Below, one piece after another: positions 9,982 through 21,468 of a DNA stretch of 64,000 bases. The stretch comes from Squalus acanthias (Eukaryota). Numbering within the stretch: position 1 is the stretch's first letter; the number at the start of each line of letters is the position of its first letter. The notes beneath the pieces are model-generated. The model saw only the letters and a program-made list of their open reading frames with translations, did no database searches and was not told where the DNA came from. Position numbers and translations under genes: made by a program. The stretch spans positions 1 to 64,000 of the forward strand of contig JASTWF010000340.1 of NCBI GenBank assembly GCA_030390025.1, written 5' to 3'.

Positions 9982-12300
9982 AATTATTTTATGCCTCGGC
10001 TTATGAAGGCAAGTATCCCATATGCCTTCTTAGCGACCTTATTTACCTGTCCTACTGCCTTCAGGGATCTATGTACATGCACACGAAGGTCCCACTGATC
10101 CTCTGTCCTTCCTAGGGTCCTACCATTCATTGTGTATTCCCTTGCCTAGTTAGTCCTCCCAAAATGCATCACCTCACATTTTTCAGGGTTAAATTCCATT
10201 TGCTACTGTTCTGCCCAGCTGACCATCCCGTCTATATCGTCCTGTAGCCTAAGGCTTCCTCCTCGCTATTTACCACTCCACCAATTTTCGTGTCATCTGC
10301 GAACTTACTAATCATACCTTCTACATTCATATCTAAATCAGTAATCAACACTACAAACAGCAAGGGACCCAGCACCTGACCCCTTCGGTACACCATTGGA
10401 CACTGGCTTCCAGTCACAAAAACAACCTTCGACCATCACGCTCTGCCTCCTGCCTCTAAGCCAATTTTGGATCTAATGTGCCAAATTGCCCTGGATCCCA
10501 TGGGCACTTACCTTCTTTACCAGTTTCCCATGCGGGACTTTGGCAAAAGCCTTACCGAAATCCATGTGGACTACATCAACTGCACTACCCTCAAACACAC
10601 ACCTAGTTACCCCCTCGAAAAATTCAATCAAATTGTTTAGACATGATCTCCCCCTGAAGAAACCATGCTGACTATCCTTGATTAAACCTTGCCTCTCCAA
10701 GTGGAGACTAATTCTGTCCCTCAGAATGTTTTCCAATAATTTCCCTACCACTGATGTTAGGCTCACTGGCATGTAATTCACAGGTTTATCCCTACTATAC
10801 TTATTGAACAATGGCGCTACGTTAGCTGTCCTCCAGCCCTCTGGCACCGCCCCTGTGGCCAGAGAGGTTCTGAAAATTTGTGTCAGAGCCCCTGCAATCT
10901 CCTCCCTTGCCTCACAAAGCAGCCTGGAATAAATTTCGCCTGGGCCTGGGGATTTATCCACTTTTAAGCCCGCTAAAACCACTAGCACCGCCTCCCTCTC
11001 AATGCTAATGTGTTCAAATATATCACAATCCCCCAGCCTGATTTCTATGCCGACATCATCCTTCTCCATAGTGAACACAGATGCAAGATATTCATTTAAA
11101 ACCTCACCTACATCTTCCGGCTCTACACACAGATTGCCACTTTGGTCCCTAATGGGCCCTACTCTTTCCCTGGTTATCCTCTTGCCCTTAATATACTTAT
11201 AAAACACCTCGGGATTTTCCTTTATTTTGCCAGCCAGTGTTTTTTCATGCCCCCTCTTCGCTCTCCTCATTTCCTTTTTTTGTACCCCCCTGCACTTTCT
11301 ATACTCCTCTAGGGCTTCCAATGTTTTTAATCCTTAGAATCTGCCAAGAACATGCATTTTTACCCTAATCCACTCTTGTATATCTCTTGACATCCATGGT
11401 TCCCTGGAATTGTTGGTCCCACCCTTGACCTTTACGGAACATGTTGCCGTTGTACTCTCTCTATTTCCTTTCTGAATGACTCCCAGTGCTCCGTTGTGGA
11501 CTTTCCTACAAGTAGCTGATCCTCGTCCACTTTGGCCAGATCCTGGCTTATCATATTAAAATCGGCCTTCCCCAAATTTAGAACATTTATTTCCAGTCCA
11601 TTTTTGTCCTTTTCCAAGACTACCTTAAATCTCACAGAATTATGATCACTGTCACCAAACTGCTCCCCTACTGACACTTCCACCACTTGCCCGGTTACAT
11701 TCCCTGGGAATTAGGTCCAGTACCGCCCCCTCTCTTTTAGGACTTTTTATATGCTGGCTTAAAAATCTCTCCTGGATGCCTTTTAAGAATTCCGCACCCT
11801 CTAAGCCTTTCACACTCTAATTATCCCAGCTAATATTGTGGAAGTTGAAATCGCCTACTATTATTTCTACACTTCTCTGAGATTTGCCTATATATCTGTT
11901 CTTCTATCTCCCCCTGAGTGTTTGGGGGCCTATAGTACCCTCCCAGCAAAGTGCTTGCCCACTTTTTGTTTTTAAGTTCTACCCAAATGGCCTCATTAGA
12001 GAAACCTGCGAAAATATCATCCCTCCTTACAGCAGTAATTGTCTCCTTGATTAATATTGCGACACCCCTCCACTTTTACAACCCCCTCTGTCTCGCCTGA
12101 AGATTCTATAACCCGGAATATTGAGCTGCCAGACCTGCCCTTCCCTCAAGCATATCTCTGTGATAGCAACAATATCATATTCCCATGTGTTCATCAACAC
12201 CTTCACTTCATCTGCCTTACTCGTAAGACTCCTTGGATTAAAATAAATGCCATCCAGCCTTGCCATACTCCCTTGTACAGTTACATATTTGCTCTGCCTT
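9982..12300 (-). mobile_element. Degenerate CR1 LINE ORF2 (endonuclease + RT), truncated at both ends
   Basis: ORFs 12051-12266 (YFNPRSL..K, DIVAITE), 11432-11686 (SDHN), 10473-11321 (KSPGP, SQHGF), 10232-10417 (FADDTK). Confidence 0.92.
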
Positions 12301-12304
12301 CCAG

Positions 12305-12595
12305 ACAGACAGAAGGGAGGGAACAGGCTCCATTTCCGGGCTGTGGTATGTCAGTTGTTCACAGTCAAAGAGGTACTGTGGCCCACACACAGAGAAGGGA
12401 GAGCCCAGGCTGCACTCCTGGCCTATGATGTGTCAGTTGTTCACAGTCGGTGAGGTACTGAACCATTACAGAGAAGGAAGGAATTACCCAGGCTCCATTC
12501 CCGGCCTGTGGTGTGTCAGTTCTCATTAGGTGTGGTACTGAACCATACATAAAGAAGGGGGAATTCACACTCCATTCCCGGCCTGTGGTGTGTAG
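12305..12595. repeat. About 4 diverged tandem copies of a roughly 80-bp unit
   Basis: Recurring agagaaggg...ctccattcccggcctgtggtgtgtcagtt...ggtactg. Confidence 0.7.
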
Positions 12596-14512
12596 CTTCC
12601 AAAAGCTCTTATAATAATTGTTCCGTGACTTCTCAAACTACTCATGGCATGATCCTCTATTTCATGTATGATGTCCCGCAGGTGTATGGTCATTACCTGA
12701 TCCTCCCTTAGCGCCTCGCTTACTATGTTGTTTTCCCTACTAAGTATCTCCCTCAACTTTTCCCTCACCGTTTGTAATTGTATTTGTAAATCTGCGGAGT
12801 CCATTGAGTTAATTACCGATGTTACTGTCTTGAAACCTGTGAGTCCATCGTTTATCAATCCTCTTTCTGTCTACTCTATCCCTGGCTGCTCTCTTTACTG
12901 GTACTAAACTCGTGACGGAAGGTCCGTTCTGTTTTCTCTATACTTATAGATAAGGTCGCATTTTCCCAGTACTGATTAAAAACTTGCTGCAGCATTCTCT
13001 GAGTTAGTTGTGCTGTTTTGTCAGGGCACCACTTTGGTAGTATTAGTTTTGTTAAATTTAGGTAACAGGGGCCACTTCTTGTATTACTTGATGAAACACT
13101 GGTTTATAAGTGGGTTTAATTACAAGACCGTTCCCAGGTCCCGGTGTTAGTTGGGGACATTGTTCCTCGTCGTGGTTCTTAATATTACTTTCTCATAGGG
13201 TGTGAGCTTAACACTATAGACATACCCATCTTCTCTTACACATCCAGTTATCCCATTTTTGAATTATGTTATGCTGTCACCTTTATTCCCAAATCCCTAT
13301 AGATTCCCCTACGTATAAAGGTTATCATAAAGGGTTTATTTTCTGCGTGCGCTGATCTCTATATCGTCTCTGGGAATCTCATATCTGCTGAGGTAATCTT
13401 TGCATCATATTCGGAATAGGAGGTCAATCATCTTCCTGATTTTTAAAGCCCATTACAATATTCGACCCAATACAAGATTACTGGCCGGTACTTTCTTCCA
13501 CCACCGAGGCCAGCCTAATTGTATATATCTCTTACTTTCCGGAGCTACTGGTCCCTAATTTGATTCTTGTACCTGTTCCCAGATTCCATTCTTTTTCTTC
13601 AGGAATTTTCACACATTTGGGCCTTTCCTGTTCCTTATCCCGCACCTGATACACACACCATATCCTTCTTTTATTTCCCAATTATACACCTTTTCTTGTA
13701 ATGTACCACAACCGGCTCCGTATGGTGTTGTTATACTATCTTTTGTACTACTTCTGATCCAAACTGGAACATCCCCCTAACAGAAACATAGAAACATAGA
13801 AGATAGGAGCAGGAGCAGGCCATTCAGCCCCTCAAGTCTGCTCCGCCATTCAATGAGATCATGGCTGATCATCCAAATTCAGTACCCTGACCCTGCCTTC
13901 TCCCCATATCCCTTGATCCCTTTAGCTTTAAGAAATATATCTAACTCCTTCTTGAATATATTTACTGAATTGGCCTCTACTGCCTTCTGTGGAAGAGAAT
14001 TCCACAGGTTCATCACTCTCTGGGTGAAGAAATTCCTCCTCATCTCAGTCCTAAATGGCTTACCCCTTATCCTTAGACTGTGACCCCTGGTTCTGGACTC
14101 CCCGGCCATCGGGAACATCCTCCCTGCATCTAGTCTGTCTAGTCCTGTTAGAATTTTGTAAGTTTCAATGAGATCCCCTCTCATTCTTTTAAACTCCAGC
14201 GAGTATAAGCCCAATTGAACCAATCTCTCGTCATACGTCATTCCTGCCATCCCAGGTATCAGCCTGGTGAATCTTCGCTGCACTCCCTCCATGGCAAGAA
14301 CATCCTTCCTCATACGTCTCGGATGATCCGTTATGGTTCTTTGATTGTTTATGTCAGCCAACAATTCGAGGTTCCGTTCTATAGATGGAGAGTAGGGCAC
14401 ATTCGCCTCCTTCGTCCAGTGTACAGATGGTAATGCTAATGTCAAAAGTTTTTGTTACCTCCGGAGAGCCCACTGCACATCCAATTATCAGTATCAGACT
14501 ACAGAGCCACAT
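12590..14512 (-). pseudogene. env: env-like glycoprotein, interrupted by a CR1 fragment and truncated before any transmembrane anchor
   Basis: Acceptor ttttggtttacccacag at about 14520; ATG 14512 MWLCSLILIIGCAVG; Cys-containing ectodomain; SRQK(R)/GLINDGLTGF at 12872-12859; heptad LQIQLQTVREKLREIL. Confidence 0.75.
13781..14311 (-). mobile_element. CR1 3' fragment inserted in env
   Basis: KDVLAMEGVQRRFTRLIPG...GYGEKAGSGY and tail (tttctatg)n seen as agaaacatagaaacataga. Confidence 0.93.
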
Positions 14513-14545
14513 ATTTAACCTGTGGGTAAACCAAAATGTAACATC

Positions 14546-17500
14546 TTAATTCTTAACAGTTTTCATCTGATTGATATGGAACCATTTCAGTTTAGGTTCT
14601 CCCTTCGGATCATATGGGACATTCAGTAGATACACAGCTGGATTTAATTTATCTACTATGGTATGAGGGCCCATCCATTTTATCTCCAATGAGTGATTTT
14701 TTGGAGATAAATTTTGTGACATTACTCGGTCTCCAACATCATACTCAAATTGTTTTACTCTCTTATAATATCGCTTGATTTGTTCACGCGATTTGCCTAT
14801 GTTAATGGCCACCAGCTTGCTCAGCCTCGTCCATATGATCTATCAAGGTTTGTAACCATTTTTGGCTACATGGTGTTTAGTTCCATATATTGCATGTCCT
14901 GGTATCCGCATTTGCCTCCCAGTCATAGCCTCATATGGACTTACCCTTGTAGTCCCGTGTGGGGTAGATCTTATTGCCATTAGACATAAAGGCAACATGT
15001 CAGTCCACTGAGTGGGGTGATCTGTACACAACTTCTGCAACATTGTCTTTCAAGTTCGATTTCCCCTCTCCACAATCCCTGATGATTGTGGATGGTGCGC
15101 AAGGTGCAATTTATGTTTTATCTGTAACATTTCTTGCAGAGTTGTGAAAACTGCCCCCGGGAAATGAATGAAAGAGAGCTAGAATTTCTTCCTTTAACTG
15201 AGGAGGAATACAAACTACTAGGTCACCCTCTTTATTCCTGATCATTAGTAGGGGAGGGTTTTTATCTACATCTTGTTGCATTACAGTGGAGTCTGCCCAT
15301 AGGGTGGGTGCTGGTACCGGGCATCCCTGTTGATGCCAGGCTAGTACCTGTGCATAAGGAGCATATGAATCCTGTAGGGCCAAAAGATCAATGGTTTTAG
15401 TCTTAGTCACCGCCCCCACTACGGGTGTCTGAGTATTATTCATACCCACCAAGGTAGTAACTTTCCGTTCTCGGCCGCCTGCTTAGCAAAGCGATCGGCC
15501 ATTTGGTTACCTCGAGAATGGGGGGATGAATCTTTCTGATGGGCTGCTACCTTACACACGTGACAAGGGGCGACTCGTTCCTGGAGCACTTTCCATAGCT
15601 TACGGAGGAGACCAGAATGTAATAAAGATTTATGTTCTGATGAGCAAAACTCATTGGTATTATAGAGGGAAGAGCCATAACTGTATTACAAACGTAACTG
15701 CTGTCGGACCAGATATTTGTTTCATCCATAGCCGTGTAATGTACGGCTAGAATTACTGCAGTCAGTTCTGCCTGTTGTGAGGAGTGGACGGGAACGTGAA
15801 ATCCCTCTGACCAATCGGGAGCGTCGATATCAATAAGGGCACATCCAGTTCTAGGATGGCCATCTACACAGTATGATGACCCGTCAAGGTACACATTTCG
15901 AGCTCCGGGTATGGCGTTAGCCTTTACTGGATTTGGTTCCATATCTAGCACTGGTAATGGACACTGGTGTGGGCTTCCCTCATAGGCGAGAATAAGTGGT
16001 CACAGCGTGGTTCATTGAGGCGTAATGTTCAGGTCACAGTGTAAGAATTCTAGTGTCCATTTACTTATTCGCTGAGAGGATACCTTGGTCTCACTTGGTT
16101 TTAACAGCAGATTAAGGGGCGTGTGTGGTGAATGCAAGATGACCTTCTGCAGTCCGGTAATGTAGGTGAAATGATTGACTGCCCAAAATGTGGCCAACAG
16201 ATGACGTTCACACGCTGAGAATGTACTCTCCACCCCTCGTAGTATACGTGAGACATACGCGATAGTGCGTAGTGTCTCACTGATTGCCTGTTTCTGACTC
16301 AAAACGGTAGTTAGGCTGGTAGGGGTGAAAGGGCTGACCGTGATCCGGGGAGATGAGAGCAGTTGCCTGTATCGTGGCTTGTTTCAAAGCACTAACCGCA
16401 GCAGTCTGGTGATCTCCCCATATGGGTTGTATCTCTTCCGCATCTCCCTGTAAAAGATCATACAAAGGTTTAGCCAAGTCTGCAAAGTTCGGAATACAAT
16501 TTCGCTGGTATCCGACCAAACCTAAAAAGGATCGCAATGCAGTCTTTGAAACTGGTAACGGGAGTCGCTGAAGAGTCTCTATCTTCTTGTGGTCCGGACT
16601 AAGGCCAGTCGCTGAAATTTTTACTCCCAGAAAGGTAATCTCATCTTTTGCCAGCTGAACCTTGTTTGGATTTATTTTCAGCCCTGCCTTTTGTACTAGT
16701 CCTATCAGCTCATCTCGGAGTTCTAGGTGCTCTTCCATTGTTTCAGTAGCCAAAAGTAGATCATCAACATCCTGTAGAAGGGCTGAAGGTTTAGAAAAGT
16801 CTTTAACTGCTCGTGCCATATACTGATGAAAGATCGATGGCGAGTTATGAAACCCTTGCGGTAGTCACGTAAATGTGTAGCCCTGCCCTTCAAACGTGAA
16901 AGCAAATTTGTACTGGTCCTCCTGAGCAACTGGAATACTCCAAAAACCATTCGCTATGTCTAAGGTGGAGAAGACAGTGGCCTTGGGGGTATGGATGTCA
17001 GTAGCGAAGGGGCTTGACTAACAGTCGGGCTTTGACGTGGGGAAGCTTTATTTAAGGCACGGTAATCAATAGTAAGCCTCCAAGATTCATCCGGCTTCCT
17101 AACTGACCATGCAGGGGAATTGGTAGTAAAAGAACCCTTGCGCAGTACTCCCTGTTCTTCCAATGAGGCAATGACTGTTCGCAAATACGGAAAACTTTCT
17201 CGGGGAATCGGATATTGTTTACATGGGCGATAGGGTGGCCCATTAATTCGCGTCTCCCTTTCCATCCTCCCACAGTCGTGTTTAGATTTAGCAACGGCTG
17301 CTGCAGGTTTAGTTACTAAGGAGTTAACAGCAGGCAGAGAATGTGGCGGCAGTGCTATCTGCTCAGGCTTCTTTATAGCAAACACCGAGTGAGCATCTGA
17401 GATTTGAACTACATCTCCCGGTTTAGACTCAACCCATAGACAATTCTGATTGTAATCTATAATGGCTGTCATTCCCCTTCGGGTATCATTCCCAAGTATC

Positions 17501-17811
17501 CCCATTCTGTTTGTCATACACATGTACAATGGATCGGTAATTTTTACGGAGAATTCCTCGAGGGAAATATAAATTTCCTCCCCTGGATATACGGGTGCTT
17601 GTGCCCCGGTGACTCCCGTTATGACGAAGCTAATTTTGCCTATATCCAGTTGGCGTTCCGGGTCTGGGGAATGCAAGATTGCAACAGATGACCCAGTGTC
17701 TATTAGCATAGTCTGCTGTCGGCCCCCAGGCAGCAAAGCTGAGACAACTGGTCGACCATGGCCGTCTCGTCTGAACCCCACTTCAGACCCGGCCAGTGGG
17801 GCCGGATCCCG
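14546..17811 (-). pseudogene. pol: pro-pol: aspartic protease, RT, degenerate RNase H (tether), RNase H, integrase (internally deleted)
   Basis: LIDTGS; NSPAW.VRKPD.SWRLTIDYRALN; DIANGFWSIP..FAFTF..LPQGFHNSP; (Y>D)VDDLLLA; IAYVSR...CERHLLA; YLDGSS...QQAEL...WSDSSY; HPQSSGIVER; RSTPHGTT.VSPYE; KWMGPH. Confidence 0.93.
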
Positions 17812-19635
17812 TCATTGTGGGCCATTGGGTTGTTGCAGTGGTGGGGGCGGGAATAATGAGCTCATAGGGGGAGTCGAATTCCAACTCATAGTTGGGGCCA
17901 CAGGACTCCCCGACAACTGGGTTCCTGTAAGTGTTTACATCATGCATGACATTCTTTCAATTCGTGATTCCATAGCGTCCAGCTTGCTATCCACTGGATG
18001 AGGTAAACGGGACGGACCACATCTCGGGTAATTATTGTTATTCCGCCCACCTCCCGAGCCTGTTTGTCTAGGACTTCGGCTATCTTTCGCAAAGTGTCCC
18101 ATCTTACCGCAGTTGTAACACATGAACGATTGTCTACGGGGGTTTGATACTAGAGAAGCCTGGGGTCCCTCAATAAATGTACTGGCGTTTCTGTTATTGA
18201 TGCCTGGACATGAATTTTAGCATAGGCCCATGCAGAAGTAGCGTCTCTAAAAAGGGCTGTCCATTGCAAGTTGTGGCTGACCGTGCGCCCTAAAGCTGCT
18301 CGCAGTGAGGTCTGAATATTCTTTAAACATATTTTCTTAAATGCCGCTTATTCCGTCCAGTTCAATGCATCAGCATTGGGGCGTGCTTGCGTCATTTCAT
18401 AAATAGTGTACAACCGATCTCCGAAAGCAGCAGGGATCTCATGTGGCCCTTGTTGGGTTTGGTTTAATTTCTGGACCAAATCAATAGTATCCAAGCCTAA
18501 AGCTGTTTGTATATATGTGATTAAGTCATTCAGTGTGTTCCCCACATTAAAGGCCAAAAAGCGGAGACCAGTCCGTATGTCCGGAGTCAGGGCAGACAGT
18601 ACAACCTTCTTCAAGTCATTGTCTTCAAAATTAGGATGGTATTTCCGGAATGCGTTGCCTTAACTCTCTGGGGCATGTTTGTGGGTTAACTGGTCCGAAT
18701 TGTTGGACACATGCCTGTAGTTCTGCATAGTTTAGGGGCTGGGACCTTTCATGAGTAACTGCCCAAAGTATCCCTGGAGGTGCCACTGGTTGTGCTGCTT
18801 ATCCCGGGTCACCGTCAGCTACTAGTGCTGGTCGTGCATTAGGAATCACTTGGGTATGAGTCAGGACATTAACCGAAGCTCTAACGGGCGCAAGTTCGTC
18901 CGCTGTGGTTTCGATTATATTTTTATTATCATAGGCTGGTGGTCTTTCAGCCAGGTCGATGGTGGCATATGAGACGGGGACCTCACGGGAATGAAATAAC
19001 AAGGGAGAATATAACTCCTCGCTTAACCCCTCGCATTGTTTATCATAACTCGTGGGTTGGTCTACTCCCGTGTCTGGCGCTATTACAGCCCGTTGTTTAC
19101 CCAACTGATTTTATAACTGTTGTATAGCATTCTGACATTGCTTGAGGTCTAACTCCCTGTGGGGGCGCTGAAGAGCCTCTCTCAGGGCCCCTCGTGAATC
19201 ATTTAATTGGCTGATCAGACGGTCATTATCTTTTGTTAAGAAGGCTATTTGGCTTTTAGCCTCCTCAAGATTCTGTATTGCAGCGCCGGCATGAACTGCA
19301 TTAATAATCTGCTGTTGTATTATTGCTGTTGCAGCACCGATTGTCCTTGAAGGACTTCTTGTTTATTGTTTAATTCTACAGCTTCTTGTTCCCATTTTAT
19401 TTTCTCACCCTGTAACGTTAGATTCTCTTTTATAAGCCGTAGTTTGTCTTTTTCTAATTTATCCTGTTCATCTTCCATCTCAAGGAAGGTTTCTTTATGT
19501 TGTTCTACACAATACACTGCGGCATAGGCCATTAGCTGCGCTGCCCTATCCGGCTTCCATTTCTTTTCCTTAACTTGTCTGTCAATGAACAGCACAACCT
19601 CCTCGAAAAGTACCTTCGCATCCTTTGTTAGACAT
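17812..19635 (-). pseudogene. gag: gag (coiled-coil N-terminal part, capsid-like region, zinc knuckle), fragmented
   Basis: ORFs 19320-19595, 18799-19104, 18348-18614 (QQGPHEIPAAFGDRL, MHR-like), 17935-18123 (CYNCGKMGHFAKDS; last Cys mutated); Pro-rich end and TGA at 17814-17812. Confidence 0.8.
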
Positions 19636-21093
19636 TAGAAAAATAGAAATATAGAAACATAGAAGATAGGAGCAGGAGTAGGCCATTCGGCCACTCGAGC
19701 CTGTTCCGCCATTTAATGAGATCATGGCTGATCATCCAAATTCAGTACCCTGTCCCTGCTTTCTCCCCATATCCCTTGATCCCTTGAGCCTTAAGAAATA
19801 TATCGAACTCCTTCTTGAATATGTTTAATGAATTGGGCTCAACTGCCTTCTGTGGTAGAGAATTCCACAGGTTCACCCCTCTCTGGGTGAAGAAATTCCT
19901 CCTCATCTCAGTCCTAAATGGCTTACCCCTTATCTTTAGACTGTGACCCCTGGTTCTGGACTCCCCGGCCATCGGGAACATCCTTCCTGCATCTAGTCTG
20001 TCTAGTCCTGTTAGAATTTTAAAAGTTTCAATGAGATCCCCTCTCATTCATCTAAACTCTAGCGAATATAAGCCTAATCGACCCAATCTCTCTTAATACG
20101 TCCTCTGGCTATGAAGGCCAACATACGATTTACCTTCAGCGACTGGTGCACAAGAACACCAAGGTCTCGTTGCACTTCCCCTTTTCCCAATCTATTGCCA
20201 TTCAGATAATAATGTGCCTTTCTCTTTTTGCCCCCAAAGTTGATAGCCTCGCAATTATCCACATTGTACTGCATCTGCCATGCATCTGCCCAATCACCCA
20301 AACTGTTTCAAATCATACTGGAGTTTATCTGCATCCTCCTCACAGCACACACGCCCACCCAGCTTTGTGTCGGTTGCAAACTTGGAGATATTACATCTAG
20401 TTCCCTCGTCTAGATCATTAATATATATTGTGAATAACTGGGGTCCTAGCACCGATCCCTGCAGTACCCCACTAGTCACTGCCTGCCACTCGGAAAAAGA
20501 CCCGTTTATTCCAACTCTTTGCTTCCTGTCTGCAAACCAGTTCTCTATCCAAGTCAGTACCTTACCCCCAATCCCATGTGCTTTAACTTTGCACGCTAAT
20601 CTATATGCGGGACCTTATCGAAAGCCTTCTGAAAGTCCAAATACATCACATCCACTGGTTCTCCCTTATCTATTCTACCAGTTACATTCTTAAAAAATTA
20701 CAGTAGATTAGTCAAGCACGATGTACCTTTTGTAAATCCATGTTGACTTTGTCCGATCCTGTCACTGTTTTCCAAATGCTCTGCTATTACATCTTTTATA
20801 ATGGACTCTAGCATTTTCCCCACTACCGATGTCAGGCTTACCAGTCTATAATTCCCCGTTTTCGCTCTCCCACCTTTTTTAAATAGTGGGGTTACATTAG
20901 CTACCCACCATTCCATGGGGACTGTTCCAGAGTCTATAGAATTTTGGAAGATGACCAGCAATGCATCTACTATTTCTAGACCCACTTCCTTAAGTACCCT
21001 AGGATGTAGATGATCAGGCCCTGGGGATTTACCGGCCTTCAATCCTGTCAATTTCCCAAACACCATTTCCCTACAAATACTGATTTCATTCAG
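19636..21093 (-). mobile_element. 5'-truncated CR1 (RT to 3' tail) with internal deletions
   Basis: ORFs 20698-21066, 20294-20479, 20074-20301, 19742-20047; octamer tail at about 19636-19665. Confidence 0.93.
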
Positions 21094-21468
21094 AGAGCTG
21101 AGGCGGACCTGCGGTAAACGAGGCGGCGGTGGCGAGACTTAAAAGAGGCGGCAGAGACCAGGAAGGCCTCAGAGCGGCGGCGGACCTGCGGGAAACGAGG
21201 CGGCGGCGGCGAGATTTAAAAGAGGCGGCAGAGACCAGGAAGGCTCAGAGCGGCGGCGGACCTGCTGGGAAACGAGGCGGCGGCGGCGAGATTTAAAAGA
21301 GGCGGCAGAGACCAGGAAGGCCTCAGAGCGGCGGCGGACCTGCGGGAAACGAGGCGGCGGCGGCGAGATTTAAAAGAGGCGGCAGAGACCAGGTAGGCCT
21401 CAGAGCGGCGGCGGACCTGCGGGAAACGAGGCGGCGGCGGCGAGATTTAAAAGAGGCGGCAGAGACCA
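21094..21468 (+). repeat. Five 77-bp CpG-rich tandem monomers at the CR1 5' end
   Basis: Unit agagcggcggcggacctgcgggaaacgaggcggcggcggcgagatttaaaagaggcggcagagaccaggaaggcctc; starts at 21171, 21247, 21325, 21402. Confidence 0.95.

Larger units (their letters stand above)
12590..19635 (-). mobile_element. Decayed endogenous retrovirus-like provirus (gag-pro-pol-env), lokiretrovirus-like; LTRs not present
   Basis: Ordered domains on the minus strand: coiled-coil gag, CCHC-type knuckle, DTG protease, RT, two RNase H, integrase, env with signal peptide and furin site. Confidence 0.9.

Noticed and set aside
12305..12595. 3' LTR of the provirus
   Set aside because: Env is cut mid-ectodomain here, there is no polypurine tract/TG..CA boundary or second copy, and the sequence is a diverged tandem repeat.
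13879..14445. Env-CR1 fusion protein; likewise the CR1-Penelope fusion ORF 24752-25147
   Set aside because: Chance in-frame junctions at insertion boundaries; the env signal peptide is in a different frame.
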